From positions 1 through 50,274 of the forward strand of contig MFOT01000007.1 of NCBI GenBank assembly GCA_001782475.1: DNA of 50,274 nt, read 5' to 3'. Both the position numbers and the translations under genes were made by a program. Under the pieces are notes generated by a model, which saw only the letters and a list, made by a program, of their open reading frames with translations, made no database searches and was not told the origin of the DNA. Position 1 is the stretch's first letter; every line of letters begins with the position of its first letter. This document shows, one piece after another, positions 35,298-44,502 of this stretch. Source of the stretch: Candidatus Levybacteria bacterium RIFCSPLOWO2_01_FULL_38_21 (GTDB lineage: Bacteria; Patescibacteriota; Microgenomatia; Levybacterales; UBA12049).

Positions 35298-36347
35298 ATG
35301 AAGAAAGTTATTTTTTCGGGGATTCAGCCATCTGGGAATTTGCATATAGGAAATTATATTGGAGCGATTCAGCAGTGGGTTAAACTTCAAGAGGAAACAG
35401 AATCAATCTTCTGCATTGTGGATCTTCACGCAATTACTGTTCCTCAAGACCCGAAAATCTTAAGAGAAAAAGTCTTGGAAGTTGCAGCTTTGTATCTTGC
35501 ATGCGGCATTGATCCCAAAAAAACGCACATTTTCGTTCAATCCGAAAATCCAAACCACCCTTACCTCGCATGGATTTTTGACTGCATCCTATCCATGGGA
35601 CAACTTTATAGAATGACTCAATTTAAGGATAAACAGGAAAAATATTATAGAGAGATGTTAAAAAAGACAAAGGAAGAAAAACTAAATGCGTTTGAGGTGG
35701 CAAGAATGATGTTCGAAGGACCAGTTGGTATTTTTAATTACCCTGCTTTAATGGCGGCGGACATTTTGCTTTACCAAACAGATGAAGTTCCTGTTGGAGA
35801 AGATCAGAAGCAGCATATAGAGCTTACGAGAGATTTGGCAGATAAGTTTAATAGGGATTTTGGTCAAACTTTTAAACTTCCGAAGCCTTTAATTCAAAAA
35901 GAAACTGCAAAAATAATGAGCCTGCAAGACCCACGGACAAAGATGAGTAAATCCGATAAAGATCCAGACGGAACAATCGATCTTTTAGACGATGAGAAAA
36001 CAGTTATTAATAAAATTAGAGGTGCGGTTACAGATTCAGGAAAGGAGATATTAAAGAAGGAGGATAAGCCCGCAATTTCTAATTTGCTTACTGTTTATGC
36101 AGCTATTACCGGAAAACCTGTTCCTCAGATTGAAAAAGAATTTAAAGGGAAAACTTATGTGGACTTTAAAGATAGCTTAGCTTTTCAAATAAATGTAAAA
36201 CTTGGATTGATTCAACAGGATTATAATTCTATTAGATCGAAAGTAAATTATTTAAGGCAAGTTCTCGATGAGGGCAGAGATTACGCAATAGAAAAATCCT
36301 CTAAGACTCTCGGAGAAGTTAAAGAAAAAATGGGCCTTCTGTATTAG
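35298..36347 (+). CDS. trpS: Tryptophanyl-tRNA synthetase
   Basis: SGIQPSG.LHIGNY, YPALMAADIL, VPVGEDQKQH, KMSKS. Confidence 0.97.
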   Translation: MKKVIFSGIQPSGNLHIGNYIGAIQQWVKLQEETESIFCIVDLHAITVPQDPKILREKVLEVAALYLACGIDPKKTHIFVQSENPNHPYLAWIFDCILSMGQLYRMTQFKDKQEKYYREMLKKTKEEKLNAFEVARMMFEGPVGIFNYPALMAADILLYQTDEVPVGEDQKQHIELTRDLADKFNRDFGQTFKLPKPLIQKETAKIMSLQDPRTKMSKSDKDPDGTIDLLDDEKTVINKIRGAVTDSGKEILKKEDKPAISNLLTVYAAITGKPVPQIEKEFKGKTYVDFKDSLAFQINVKLGLIQQDYNSIRSKVNYLRQVLDEGRDYAIEKSSKTLGEVKEKMGLLY

Positions 36348-36396
36348 CCTCATTTTGGGATTGGCAAAAATATTTTGGTGTGGTATACTCCTTCTG

Positions 36397-38283
36397 ATGA
36401 CAGACGGCAAAAAAAACAGCCTGCCTGCCGGCAGACAGGGCAAGAAACAAAAAATTTTCAAAATAAAAATAAATACTTCCTGGAAAAATATTTTTCTTTA
36501 CGGATTTTTGATGCTTATTGCCGCTTTCCTTTTCTTAGGCGTAACACAGCCGATTGAACAGACAAAAACAGTTCCCCTTTCTCAGGTAATGTCTAGGGTT
36601 AGAGAAGGAAAAGTTAAAGAAATAGTAATACTCGATAACAAACTAACAGTTAAAGAGCAAGATAAAACAGTCCAGAGCTTTAAAGAACCGGGTGCAAATG
36701 TCTATCAGCTCTTCAAAGACGCAGGCGTATCTTTAGATAAAACCAAGGTTTTGGTAAAGGATGAGACAGGCCTAAACAGCTGGATAAATATTTTATCTTC
36801 GGTTCTTCCAATAATATTAATGGTTGCATTTTTCTATTTTATCTTTAGACAAGCTCGAGGAGCGCAGGAAAATATTTTTTCATTTGGTCAATCAAAAGCT
36901 AAGTTATTTTCAAAAGATACTCCAGGAATAAGATTTTCTGATGTTGCAGGAGTTGATGAAGCAAAGCAAGAACTTACGGAAATTGTCGATTTTCTTAAAA
37001 ACCCGGGAAAATACAAGGCTATGGGAGCCCGTACGCCAAAAGGCGTATTAATGGTAGGGCCGTCTGGGACGGGAAAAACTCTACTTGCTCGGGCAACTGC
37101 AGGGGAAGCAGATGTACCATTTTTCTCTATGGCAGGGTCAGAATTTATGGAAATGCTTGTAGGAGTTGGCGCATCAAGAGTCAGAGATTTGTTTAATACT
37201 GCAAAAAAGAATCAGCCGGCAATAATTTTTATAGATGAAGTAGATGCAATCGGAAGACAAAGGGGTATAGGAATAATGGGGGGACACGATGAAAGGGAGC
37301 AAACCTTAAATCAGATCTTAGTTGAAATGGATGGATTTTCTCCGACAGAACAGCTGGTTGTTATAGCCGCAACCAATAGGCCCGATGTTTTGGACCCAGC
37401 CCTGATAAGACCTGGAAGATTTGATCGAAGAGTTGTTTTGGATATGCCTGATGTTGTTGGAAGAAAGGCTATCCTTGCTATACATGCAAGGGGAAAGCCC
37501 TTTAATAAATCTGTTGATTGGGAAAAAATTGCAAAAAGAACTGTTGGATTTTCCGGCGCAGATATTGAGAATATGTTAAACGAGGCAGCAATTCTGGCAG
37601 CAAGACTTTTGAAAAAGGCAATAGACATGAAGGATTTGGAAGAAGCTGCAACTAAAGTAAAATTGGGCCCAGAGAAAAAAAGATTACAATCAGATGAAGA
37701 CAGAAAAATGACAGCGTACCATGAGGCAGGCCATGCGCTTGTATCTTGGGAAATGCCCCATATGGATCCAATTCATAGAATCTCAATAGTCAGCCGAGGA
37801 ATTTCTTTAGGACATACAATGATGGAACCAACAGAGCATGTTCATGAAACAAAAACAAGACTTTTGGAGCATATTAGTGTGATGCTTGGAGGACGGGCGG
37901 CAGAAAATTTGGTCTTTTCGGAAATGACCACTGGCGCATCCGATGATATTGCAAAAGCAACAGAAGTTGCAAGAACAATGGTGGTTGAATACGGAATGAG
38001 CGAGCTTGGACCCATTAACTTGGATGGAGAAAGAAAAAGGTATTTTGAGCAATCAACAGTGTCTGAGGAAATGGCAGCAAAGATTGACGAGCAGGTCAAA
38101 AGAATAACAGATGCTGCTTATAAGAGAGCAATTTTGGTACTTAGAAAATTAAGAACGAAGTTGGATCTTTTGGCCCACGAGCTTCTAAAAAAGGAAACAA
38201 TAGAGTCGGTAGAGTTTGAGAGATTAATGGGTCCCAAGAAGATTGTCGGGAAAGAGTTTGCATTTGTTACAGCAAAAGCCTAA
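36397..38283 (+). CDS. ftsH: ATP-dependent zinc metalloprotease FtsH (start moved to ATG 36397)
   Basis: Two TMs, [32 protein letters not shown]. Confidence 0.97.
   Translation: MTDGKKNSLPAGRQGKKQKIFKIKINTSWKNIFLYGFLMLIAAFLFLGVTQPIEQTKTVPLSQVMSRVREGKVKEIVILDNKLTVKEQDKTVQSFKEPGANVYQLFKDAGVSLDKTKVLVKDETGLNSWINILSSVLPIILMVAFFYFIFRQARGAQENIFSFGQSKAKLFSKDTPGIRFSDVAGVDEAKQELTEIVDFLKNPGKYKAMGARTPKGVLMVGPSGTGKTLLARATAGEADVPFFSMAGSEFMEMLVGVGASRVRDLFNTAKKNQPAIIFIDEVDAIGRQRGIGIMGGHDEREQTLNQILVEMDGFSPTEQLVVIAATNRPDVLDPALIRPGRFDRRVVLDMPDVVGRKAILAIHARGKPFNKSVDWEKIAKRTVGFSGADIENMLNEAAILAARLLKKAIDMKDLEEAATKVKLGPEKKRLQSDEDRKMTAYHEAGHALVSWEMPHMDPIHRISIVSRGISLGHTMMEPTEHVHETKTRLLEHISVMLGGRAAENLVFSEMTTGASDDIAKATEVARTMVVEYGMSELGPINLDGERKRYFEQSTVSEEMAAKIDEQVKRITDAAYKRAILVLRKLRTKLDLLAHELLKKETIESVEFERLMGPKKIVGKEFAFVTAKA
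36420..36439. repeat. Family B palindrome in ftsH N-terminus
   Basis: cctgcctgccggcagacagg (1 mismatch), peptide LPAGRQ. Confidence 0.88.
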
Positions 38284-38330
38284 AGATTCTCTCTTGACAA
38301 GAATCTACTTCTCCTGAAATACTATAGACA

Positions 38331-38912
38331 GTGAATAACTCAGCACTGTCTAATCAAAATCCCGCTCCTGCGACTGTTTCTCAATCGCAACCACCTCCGC
38401 TACCGAATCAGTCAATGGCAAAGCCTTCATCTACTACCATGTGGGATGCATTTGAGCACATACTAATGTTTATCAGTCTTTATGTTCTAGCAACTTCCAT
38501 TGCACTAACCTTGTACTTTTTTATAGACAAATGGTTTCCGGGGGTGACTACTGAAAGTTACTATCGGAGCTCTAGCTCGAATGATCTTAATTTGAATTTA
38601 CTGCGAGGGTATCTAGCAGCATTGATTGTTTCGTTTCCTTTATTTGCTTTCTTTTTTCTCCATATTACAAAAAGAACAATGCTTAATCCAACTATAAGAA
38701 GTATTAAATCGAGAAAAATCCTAATTTATATAACACTTGTCGTAGCATTTATAATTATGCTTTATAACATAATATCTACAGTTTACAACTTGCTAAGCGG
38801 AAATATAACTTTCAACTTTGTCCTTCATCTTCTTATAACACTTTCTGTAACTGGAATAGTTTTTGTGTATTACCTTTATCAGGTAAGAGAGGATAGAAAA
38901 ATTAATGTTTAA
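38331..38912 (+). CDS. Membrane protein, DUF5671-like
   Basis: Four hydrophobic segments; LAALIVSFPLF...H; TTGACA promoter upstream. Confidence 0.7.
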   Translation: MNNSALSNQNPAPATVSQSQPPPLPNQSMAKPSSTTMWDAFEHILMFISLYVLATSIALTLYFFIDKWFPGVTTESYYRSSSSNDLNLNLLRGYLAALIVSFPLFAFFFLHITKRTMLNPTIRSIKSRKILIYITLVVAFIIMLYNIISTVYNLLSGNITFNFVLHLLITLSVTGIVFVYYLYQVREDRKINV

Positions 38913-39687
38913 ATATTATATTTCTATAGTGCTATTGGGAATTTTTGTACTTGCTCTAATTATAGAAGGAATTATAATTGCGGGAAGCCCGATTTCTCAA
39001 AAAGACATTAAGCTGGATAATAATAGATTACAAGCGTTCAACAATATCAAATACCAGATTGAAAATTACTACAGAGCTAATCACAAGATGCCTAATTTGC
39101 TGAGTGATTTATCACTCAACATCAATATTCAAGATCCCGAAACAAAGACAAATTTTGATTATAAAATAATTCCACCTTATAGTTATCAGCTTTGTACAAC
39201 ATTTTCTACAGATAATTCTAAAACCGCGGCTAATTATAATAATTATGGGTCGGATTCAGCAATGTATAAGATCCACAAAAAGGGTCATGACTGTATGACA
39301 TTTAAACTTTCGGATTATGTTATAAACTCAGCTAGGACTCCTAGTCAAAAAATAAATAATACTCTGTCTGTTCTTAATGTAAATTCTTCTCCTTCAGGTA
39401 TCCCTATGGACTCCGAAGGTTTTGGAAGTTATTTTGCATATGGAAAGTTTTACGTTGGAACGACAAATTACACAAAAACAAATAACAACACAATTAACAC
39501 AAGGATTATCGCTCCGAAGTCTGCCTTAGTTGGTGGTAATAGATATACCTTTAGTTCTTGGTCGGGGGAATGTGATAATGACACCTCTGATGGTCAAAAT
39601 TTTTGCGATGTGATAGTTAACGGTAGCACGGGTACAATAAACGCAACTTACGTTATTTCTTCACCGAGCTCTTTTCAAAAACAGTAG
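38905..39687 (+). CDS. Membrane-anchored hypothetical protein, pilin-like N-domain plus beta-rich C-domain
   Basis: TM, D..R......I...IE.YY, DPET...Y, YQLCTTF; FSSWSGEC. Confidence 0.65.
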   Translation: MFKYYISIVLLGIFVLALIIEGIIIAGSPISQKDIKLDNNRLQAFNNIKYQIENYYRANHKMPNLLSDLSLNINIQDPETKTNFDYKIIPPYSYQLCTTFSTDNSKTAANYNNYGSDSAMYKIHKKGHDCMTFKLSDYVINSARTPSQKINNTLSVLNVNSSPSGIPMDSEGFGSYFAYGKFYVGTTNYTKTNNNTINTRIIAPKSALVGGNRYTFSSWSGECDNDTSDGQNFCDVIVNGSTGTINATYVISSPSSFQKQ

Positions 39688-39731
39688 CTAATGATTGACA
39701 ATCCTCAAGTTTTTCTGAAATACTCAAGTTA

Positions 39732-40436
39732 GTGGCGAAGAATCACAAATTTTCAAAAAGTGAAGCGATAAAGTTCGGCCTTAACTTTTTTAAAGCAAAT
39801 ATTGGCACTTTTGTAAAACTTGGACTTACTTATCTTTTAATATCTTATGTGTTAGGTGTAATCAGCGGTTTTTTCACGAGCCCAGCATTTGTATTAGGTT
39901 TAATTGCTACTTTATTCAAGCACCCAGTAATAAATATTTGGATAGTTATTGCAGGTGCATTCATCTCAATACTTTCACAAATTATCGTACTACTTGTAGA
40001 AATTGTTGTCCAGATAGGGCTCACTAAGATTACTCTTGAACTTTACGATGGCAAACCTTTAAACATTTCAAAATTTTACTCTCTCTATCCTCTTGCGCCC
40101 AGATATTTAGGCGCCACTATTATTTATATATTGATAACCATGGTTGGATTTATCCTTTTTATAATCCCTGGAATAATTTGGGCAATTAAATTCGGTTTTT
40201 ACAGCTATTTGATAGTTGATAAGAATGCAGGACTAATGGATTCGCTTAAGAAAAGTTCTTTATTAACGCAAGGAGTAAAAATGAATTTATTTATTTTTGG
40301 ACTTCTTTTGATTCTTTTTAATATTGCCGGCGTACTTGCCTTAGGCATCGGACTTTTGGTTACTATCCCTACCACATTAATGGCATCGGTTTACGTCTAT
40401 CGAAAACTCCTCTCCCAAACCCTATCCGTAGCTTAG
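39732..40436 (+). CDS. Integral membrane protein
   Basis: GFILFIIPGI, Y.IVD....DSLKKS..LT.G pattern. Confidence 0.75.
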   Translation: MAKNHKFSKSEAIKFGLNFFKANIGTFVKLGLTYLLISYVLGVISGFFTSPAFVLGLIATLFKHPVINIWIVIAGAFISILSQIIVLLVEIVVQIGLTKITLELYDGKPLNISKFYSLYPLAPRYLGATIIYILITMVGFILFIIPGIIWAIKFGFYSYLIVDKNAGLMDSLKKSSLLTQGVKMNLFIFGLLLILFNIAGVLALGIGLLVTIPTTLMASVYVYRKLLSQTLSVA

Positions 40437-40458
40437 TTTGATGATATAATATCCATAA

Positions 40459-41382
40459 ATGGAAAAGTTTGTTCTAATTGATGGGAATGCGATTGTTCAT
40501 CGGGCATATCATGTAATGCCGCCATTAACGCGCTCAGATGGTACTCCAACCGGCGCTGTCCAGGGATTTTTTTCCATGATTCTTAAAATAATTCAGGAAC
40601 TTAAGCCAGCTCATATCGCCATTGCTTTTGACAGTCCAAGCCCAAATTTTAGAAAAGAACTTTTTAAAGAATACCAATCCCAGAGACCTGCAATGGAAAG
40701 CGATCTTTCGCCGCAATTCGGAATAATCCAAGGGATTTTGAAGAATGCAAGAATACCTGTTTATGCTGTTGATGGACTTGAAGCAGACGATATTATAGGT
40801 ACAATTTCGGAGAAAGCCAAAGAAACCGGGCATCTGGTTTATATTTTAACTGGAGATAGAGACATGCTTCAGCTTGTCAATCATAAAACAAAAGTTTTAG
40901 CTCCAGTTAAGGGAATTTCTGAAATGGTGCTTTTCGATGAAGGAAAAGTCAGAGAAAAATATGGCATAACCCCCGAACAATTCGTAGAGCTTAAGGCTTT
41001 GATGGGTGATAATTCTGATAATTACCCCGGTGTTTCAGGAATAGGGCCCAAGACAGCTGCAGATTTAATCAAGGAATATGGATCCGTTGACAATATTTAC
41101 AAAAATATCTCAAAAATAAAATCTAAAAACCCAAAACTGGCTGAAAAACTTGAGGAAGGAAAAAGTAACGCAAAGCTTGCCCATCAGCTGGCAACGATTT
41201 TAACAGATGCACCATTTGCCTATGATTTTTCAGACTGCGATATGAAAAATTTAGATATAGAAGGATTCAAAAAAGCCCTTGAGGCTTATGATTTTAAAAC
41301 ACTCCCAAAACGGCTTGATGGAGTTTTTAAAAAGAGCGGAAAAATAGATAAAATTTCGAAAACGCAGATGAAATTAATATGA
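40459..41382 (+). CDS. Stand-alone 5'-3' exonuclease (PolA N-terminal/FEN domain)
   Basis: LIDGN..HRAYH, EADD.IGT, TGDRD, GDNSDNYPGVSGIGPKTA; no polymerase domain. Confidence 0.92.
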   Translation: MEKFVLIDGNAIVHRAYHVMPPLTRSDGTPTGAVQGFFSMILKIIQELKPAHIAIAFDSPSPNFRKELFKEYQSQRPAMESDLSPQFGIIQGILKNARIPVYAVDGLEADDIIGTISEKAKETGHLVYILTGDRDMLQLVNHKTKVLAPVKGISEMVLFDEGKVREKYGITPEQFVELKALMGDNSDNYPGVSGIGPKTAADLIKEYGSVDNIYKNISKIKSKNPKLAEKLEEGKSNAKLAHQLATILTDAPFAYDFSDCDMKNLDIEGFKKALEAYDFKTLPKRLDGVFKKSGKIDKISKTQMKLI

Positions 41383-41451
41383 CCCCACACAATCTTACCG
41401 TTTGCCTTCAAGTTCTATTCGAACACGGCTCACGGAGCGATTTGGCGGGGC
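41381..41451 (+). repeat. 71-bp structured element, copy 1
   Basis: Homologous to 50087-50157. Confidence 0.8.
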
Positions 41452-41464
41452 AAGAGGTTGCAGT

Positions 41465-42631
41465 GTGAAAATAGCTATAGTACACGACTATATAAAGGAA
41501 TACGGGGGAGCGGAGAGGGTTTTGGAAGCTCTTCATGAAATTTTTCCTGATGCGCCGGTCTATACCACAGTTTTTTTACCTGAATTTCTTGGGCCTCACG
41601 AAAACAGATTTAAAAACTTTAAAATAAAGACTTCGTTTCTTCAATATTTACCATTTAAGGAAAAACTAATAAGTCCGATTCGTGTAATCGCGCCATTGGT
41701 CTTTAAATCTTTCAATTTCTCGGGCTTTGACGTTGTTATTGTTTCTGCAACAGGAGCCTATTCTCCAAATGGAAAATGGAAAATGGACAATGGAAAATTT
41801 CCAATCCATATATGTTACTGCCATACTCCTCCAAGATATCTTTATGGTTTTGCAACAGCCAGGGAGTGGAAGAATAATTTAATTTTCCGAGTTTTTGGAG
41901 AGCTTGCAAATCATTTTTTAAGGTTAGTTGATTATAAAAGCTCCCAAAATGTAGATTACTTTATTGCAAATTCAAAAAATGTTGCAGGGAGGATCAAGAA
42001 GTTTTATAGAAGAGATGCTGTTGTAATTTACCCGCCGGTTGACACTAATTCAAAATTCAAAATTCAAAATTCAAAATTGAAAGTCAAAAGTCAAAAGGAT
42101 GGATATTTTCTGGCGGGGGGAAGGATAGCACGGCCAAAAAACATTGAGCTGATAATCAAAACTTTTGAAAAACTTAAACTTCCTCTTAAAATCTTCGGGC
42201 GAAGTTTTGGAGGCCTCGATATCGAAAGCGAATCACGAATCACGAATAACGAATCACGAATCGAATATCTTGGAGAAGTAAGCGATGAAGATAAGTACGA
42301 GCTTATGAGAAATGCTACGGCATTTATTTTTGCTTCAGTTGATGAGGATTTCGGCATTACTCCGGTTGAGGCAATGAGCGTTGGAACACCGGTTATCGCG
42401 TATCGATCGGGTGGAGTAGTAGAATCGGTGGTTGACCCTTCGACACGCTCAGGGCAAGCGGTGACGGGAATATTTTTTGAAGAATTATCGCTCGAGAGCT
42501 TGAGTAAAGCAATCAAACAATTTAACAATCTAACAATCAATCCGCAGGATTGCATTTCCCAAGCCCAAAAATTCTCAAAAGAGAGGTTTAAGAGAGAAAT
42601 AAAAGAGTTTGTGGGGAAAATATATGCCTGA
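41465..42631 (+). CDS. GT4 family glycosyltransferase (start moved to GTG 41465)
   Basis: KIAIVHDY...GGAERV, YCHTPPRYLY, VIYPPV, EDFGITPVEAM..GTPV. Confidence 0.93.
   Translation: MKIAIVHDYIKEYGGAERVLEALHEIFPDAPVYTTVFLPEFLGPHENRFKNFKIKTSFLQYLPFKEKLISPIRVIAPLVFKSFNFSGFDVVIVSATGAYSPNGKWKMDNGKFPIHICYCHTPPRYLYGFATAREWKNNLIFRVFGELANHFLRLVDYKSSQNVDYFIANSKNVAGRIKKFYRRDAVVIYPPVDTNSKFKIQNSKLKVKSQKDGYFLAGGRIARPKNIELIIKTFEKLKLPLKIFGRSFGGLDIESESRITNNESRIEYLGEVSDEDKYELMRNATAFIFASVDEDFGITPVEAMSVGTPVIAYRSGGVVESVVDPSTRSGQAVTGIFFEELSLESLSKAIKQFNNLTINPQDCISQAQKFSKERFKREIKEFVGKIYA
41767..41794 (+). repeat. In-frame heptamer array (AAATGGA)x4
   Basis: Peptide NGKWKMDNG. Confidence 0.88.
42047..42095 (+). repeat. 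In-frame heptamer array (AATTCAA)x4 plus 3 degenerate units
   Basis: Peptide NSKFKIQNSKLKVKSQ. Confidence 0.9.
42229..42262 (+). repeat. In-frame heptamer array (CGAATCA)x5
   Basis: Peptide ESRITNNESRI. Confidence 0.9.
42435..42458 (+). repeat. Family A element in glycosyltransferase
   Basis: acccttcgacacgctcagggcaag, peptide DPSTRSGQ. Confidence 0.9.
42510..42538 (+). repeat. In-frame 8-mer array
   Basis: caatcaaa caatttaa caatctaa caatc, peptide AIKQFNNLTI. Confidence 0.75.
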
Positions 42632-43559
42632 GTTACCAGAGGTTGAGACAATTAAATTAGGGCTTCAAAAATATCTCATTGGACATCGGATTGAAGGGGT
42701 TGATGTTAGGCTTCCCAAAATTGTTCAGGGGAATGTCAAAGATATTGAGGGCGGTAAGGTTATCGCCGTCAGACGATTTGGAAAAGGGCTGGTCATTGAT
42801 CTTGATAACGATTACTCAATCGCAATTCACATAAAACTCACAGGACAACTCATCTATAGAGGACCAAATCTTAGACAAAAAGTAAAACTGTCCAAAAAAG
42901 TCGGGGGAAGCTTACCTAATAAGTGGACTCACGTGATATTCAAACTCAAAAGTCAACCCGTTCGACAAGCTCAGGACAAGAAGACAAAAGTTAAAAGTGC
43001 AACTCAAAACTCAAAAGCTACAGATGCTTATCTTTATTACAATGATATTCGGCAGTTTGGATGGATTAGAATAGTTGAAAGTTCAAAGTTAAAAGATTTA
43101 AGCTTCTTCAGAGACTTGGGGCCAGAGCCTCCAGTCACAATGTCGATAGGGGTTCAACCCCTTACGCTAGAATTGTTTAAAAAAATAGTCAATTCATTAA
43201 ACACGGCAATAAAACCACTTCTTATGGATCAAAAGAGAATTGGGGGAATTGGAAATATTTATGCAAACGATGCTTTATTTGATGCTGAAATAGATCCAGG
43301 AAGAAAAGCAAAAAGCTTAAGTGATGCGGAGATTAAAAAACTTTATAACTCTATTCTTAAGGTTCTCAAAATCGGCCTTAGAGAAGAGGGGGCATCTGAA
43401 CTTAGTTTTGTAAATGCATTAGGAGAAGAGGGGAGTTATCAGAATCATTTTCTTGTTTATGGAAGGGAAGGTCAGAAATGTAAAAGGTGTAACGGAATTA
43501 TAAAAAAAATAATCTTGGGTGGCCGCGGAACCTACTTCTGCCCAAACTGCCAAAAATAA
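42624..43559 (+). CDS. mutM: Formamidopyrimidine-DNA glycosylase
   Basis: MPELPEVET, RRFGK, DIRQFG, GIGNIYA, C..C...GRGTYFCPNCQ. Confidence 0.96.
   Translation: MPELPEVETIKLGLQKYLIGHRIEGVDVRLPKIVQGNVKDIEGGKVIAVRRFGKGLVIDLDNDYSIAIHIKLTGQLIYRGPNLRQKVKLSKKVGGSLPNKWTHVIFKLKSQPVRQAQDKKTKVKSATQNSKATDAYLYYNDIRQFGWIRIVESSKLKDLSFFRDLGPEPPVTMSIGVQPLTLELFKKIVNSLNTAIKPLLMDQKRIGGIGNIYANDALFDAEIDPGRKAKSLSDAEIKKLYNSILKVLKIGLREEGASELSFVNALGEEGSYQNHFLVYGREGQKCKRCNGIIKKIILGGRGTYFCPNCQK
42938..43016 (+). repeat. Heptamer array with nested family A element (42957-42980) in mutM
   Basis: attcaaactcaaaagtcaa[cccgttcgacaagctcaggacaag]aagacaaaagttaaaagtgcaactcaaaactcaaaa. Confidence 0.85.
43148..43162. repeat. 15-bp palindrome in mutM
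   Basis: aggggtt-c-aacccct, peptide GVQP. Confidence 0.5.
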
Positions 43560-43615
43560 TTTCCCGGATTTTCAAACTGCTTGTTTTTTGATACCATAGA
43601 TGTTAACATTAGTGT

Positions 43616-43694
43616 CTAGTACTGAGCGCAGCCGAAGTGCTAGTTTTTTATGCGTTCGACAGACTCAGCACAAGTGCGTTCGGCGAGCTTACCA
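43616..43694. repeat. Cluster of three family A elements upstream of pyrH; first is terminator-like
   Basis: ctagtactgagcgcagccgaagtgctag+T6; tgcgttcgacagactcagca; gtgcgttcggcgagcttacc. Confidence 0.7.
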
Positions 43695-43715
43695 TAAATG
43701 CATTCGATATAAATT

Positions 43716-44423
43716 ATGGGCAATAATCATAAGGAAAAGATTGTAATGTCCGTCGGAGGATCCCTCATTGTTCCAAACGGAGGGATCAACACCGATTTTC
43801 TTAAGAAGCTTAATGCTTTTATAAGAAAGCAACTGGCGAAAAATAAAAACCGCCAGTTTTTTTTGGTTGGAGGAGGAGGATCAATAGCAAGACACTACCG
43901 TGATGCCGGAGAAATAGTTGTCGGACACGAACTCACCCGCGATGATTTGGACTGGCTTGGGATTCATGCAACAAAACTGAATGCACATCTTGTAAGAACC
44001 ATCTTCCGTGACATTGCCCACCCCTATATTCTTAAACACTACGAAATTATAAGAAAAGTTACGGAGCCAGTTGTGGTTGCTGCAGGATGGAAGCCGGGCT
44101 GGTCTACAGATTATGATGCTATTCTTCTTTGCGAAGATTACAACGTGAGAACTGTAGTGAATTTAACCAATATCGAAAAAGTTTACGATAAAGATCCTAA
44201 AAAACATAATGACGCTAAGTCCTTCGATAAGATTTCTTGGTCAAACTTTAGAAAAATAGTAGGAGATGAATGGATCCCTGGAATTAATGCTCCATTTGAT
44301 CCTGTCGCTTCGAAAAAAGCGCAGGAATTAGGTGTTACAGTTATCGTTATTAAAGGAGACGATTTTGAGAATCTTGAGAATTATTTTAACGGCAAAAAAT
44401 TCGTCGGAACTGTTATTAAATAA
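43716..44423 (+). CDS. pyrH: UMP kinase, archaeal type
   Basis: SVGGS, GGGSIARHY, DWLGIHAT, PGWSTD, VYDKDP, PFDP. Confidence 0.92.
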   Translation: MGNNHKEKIVMSVGGSLIVPNGGINTDFLKKLNAFIRKQLAKNKNRQFFLVGGGGSIARHYRDAGEIVVGHELTRDDLDWLGIHATKLNAHLVRTIFRDIAHPYILKHYEIIRKVTEPVVVAAGWKPGWSTDYDAILLCEDYNVRTVVNLTNIEKVYDKDPKKHNDAKSFDKISWSNFRKIVGDEWIPGINAPFDPVASKKAQELGVTVIVIKGDDFENLENYFNGKKFVGTVIK

Positions 44424-44462
44424 AATATAAAATAGAAAATATAAAAAATACAAATCAAAAAT
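44421..44462 (+). repeat. AT-rich heptamer array after pyrH stop
   Basis: taaaata taaaata gaaaata taaaaaa tacaaat caaaaat. Confidence 0.6.
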
Positions 44463-44502
44463 CCTCTTTGCTTTAGAAAATTCAGAGTGTTACAATTTAG
44501 CC

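Noticed and set aside
35630-35720. About 25-aa extra segment in TrpS after QFKDK
   Set aside because: No repeat or palindrome in the DNA, and this region is length-variable in TrpRS.
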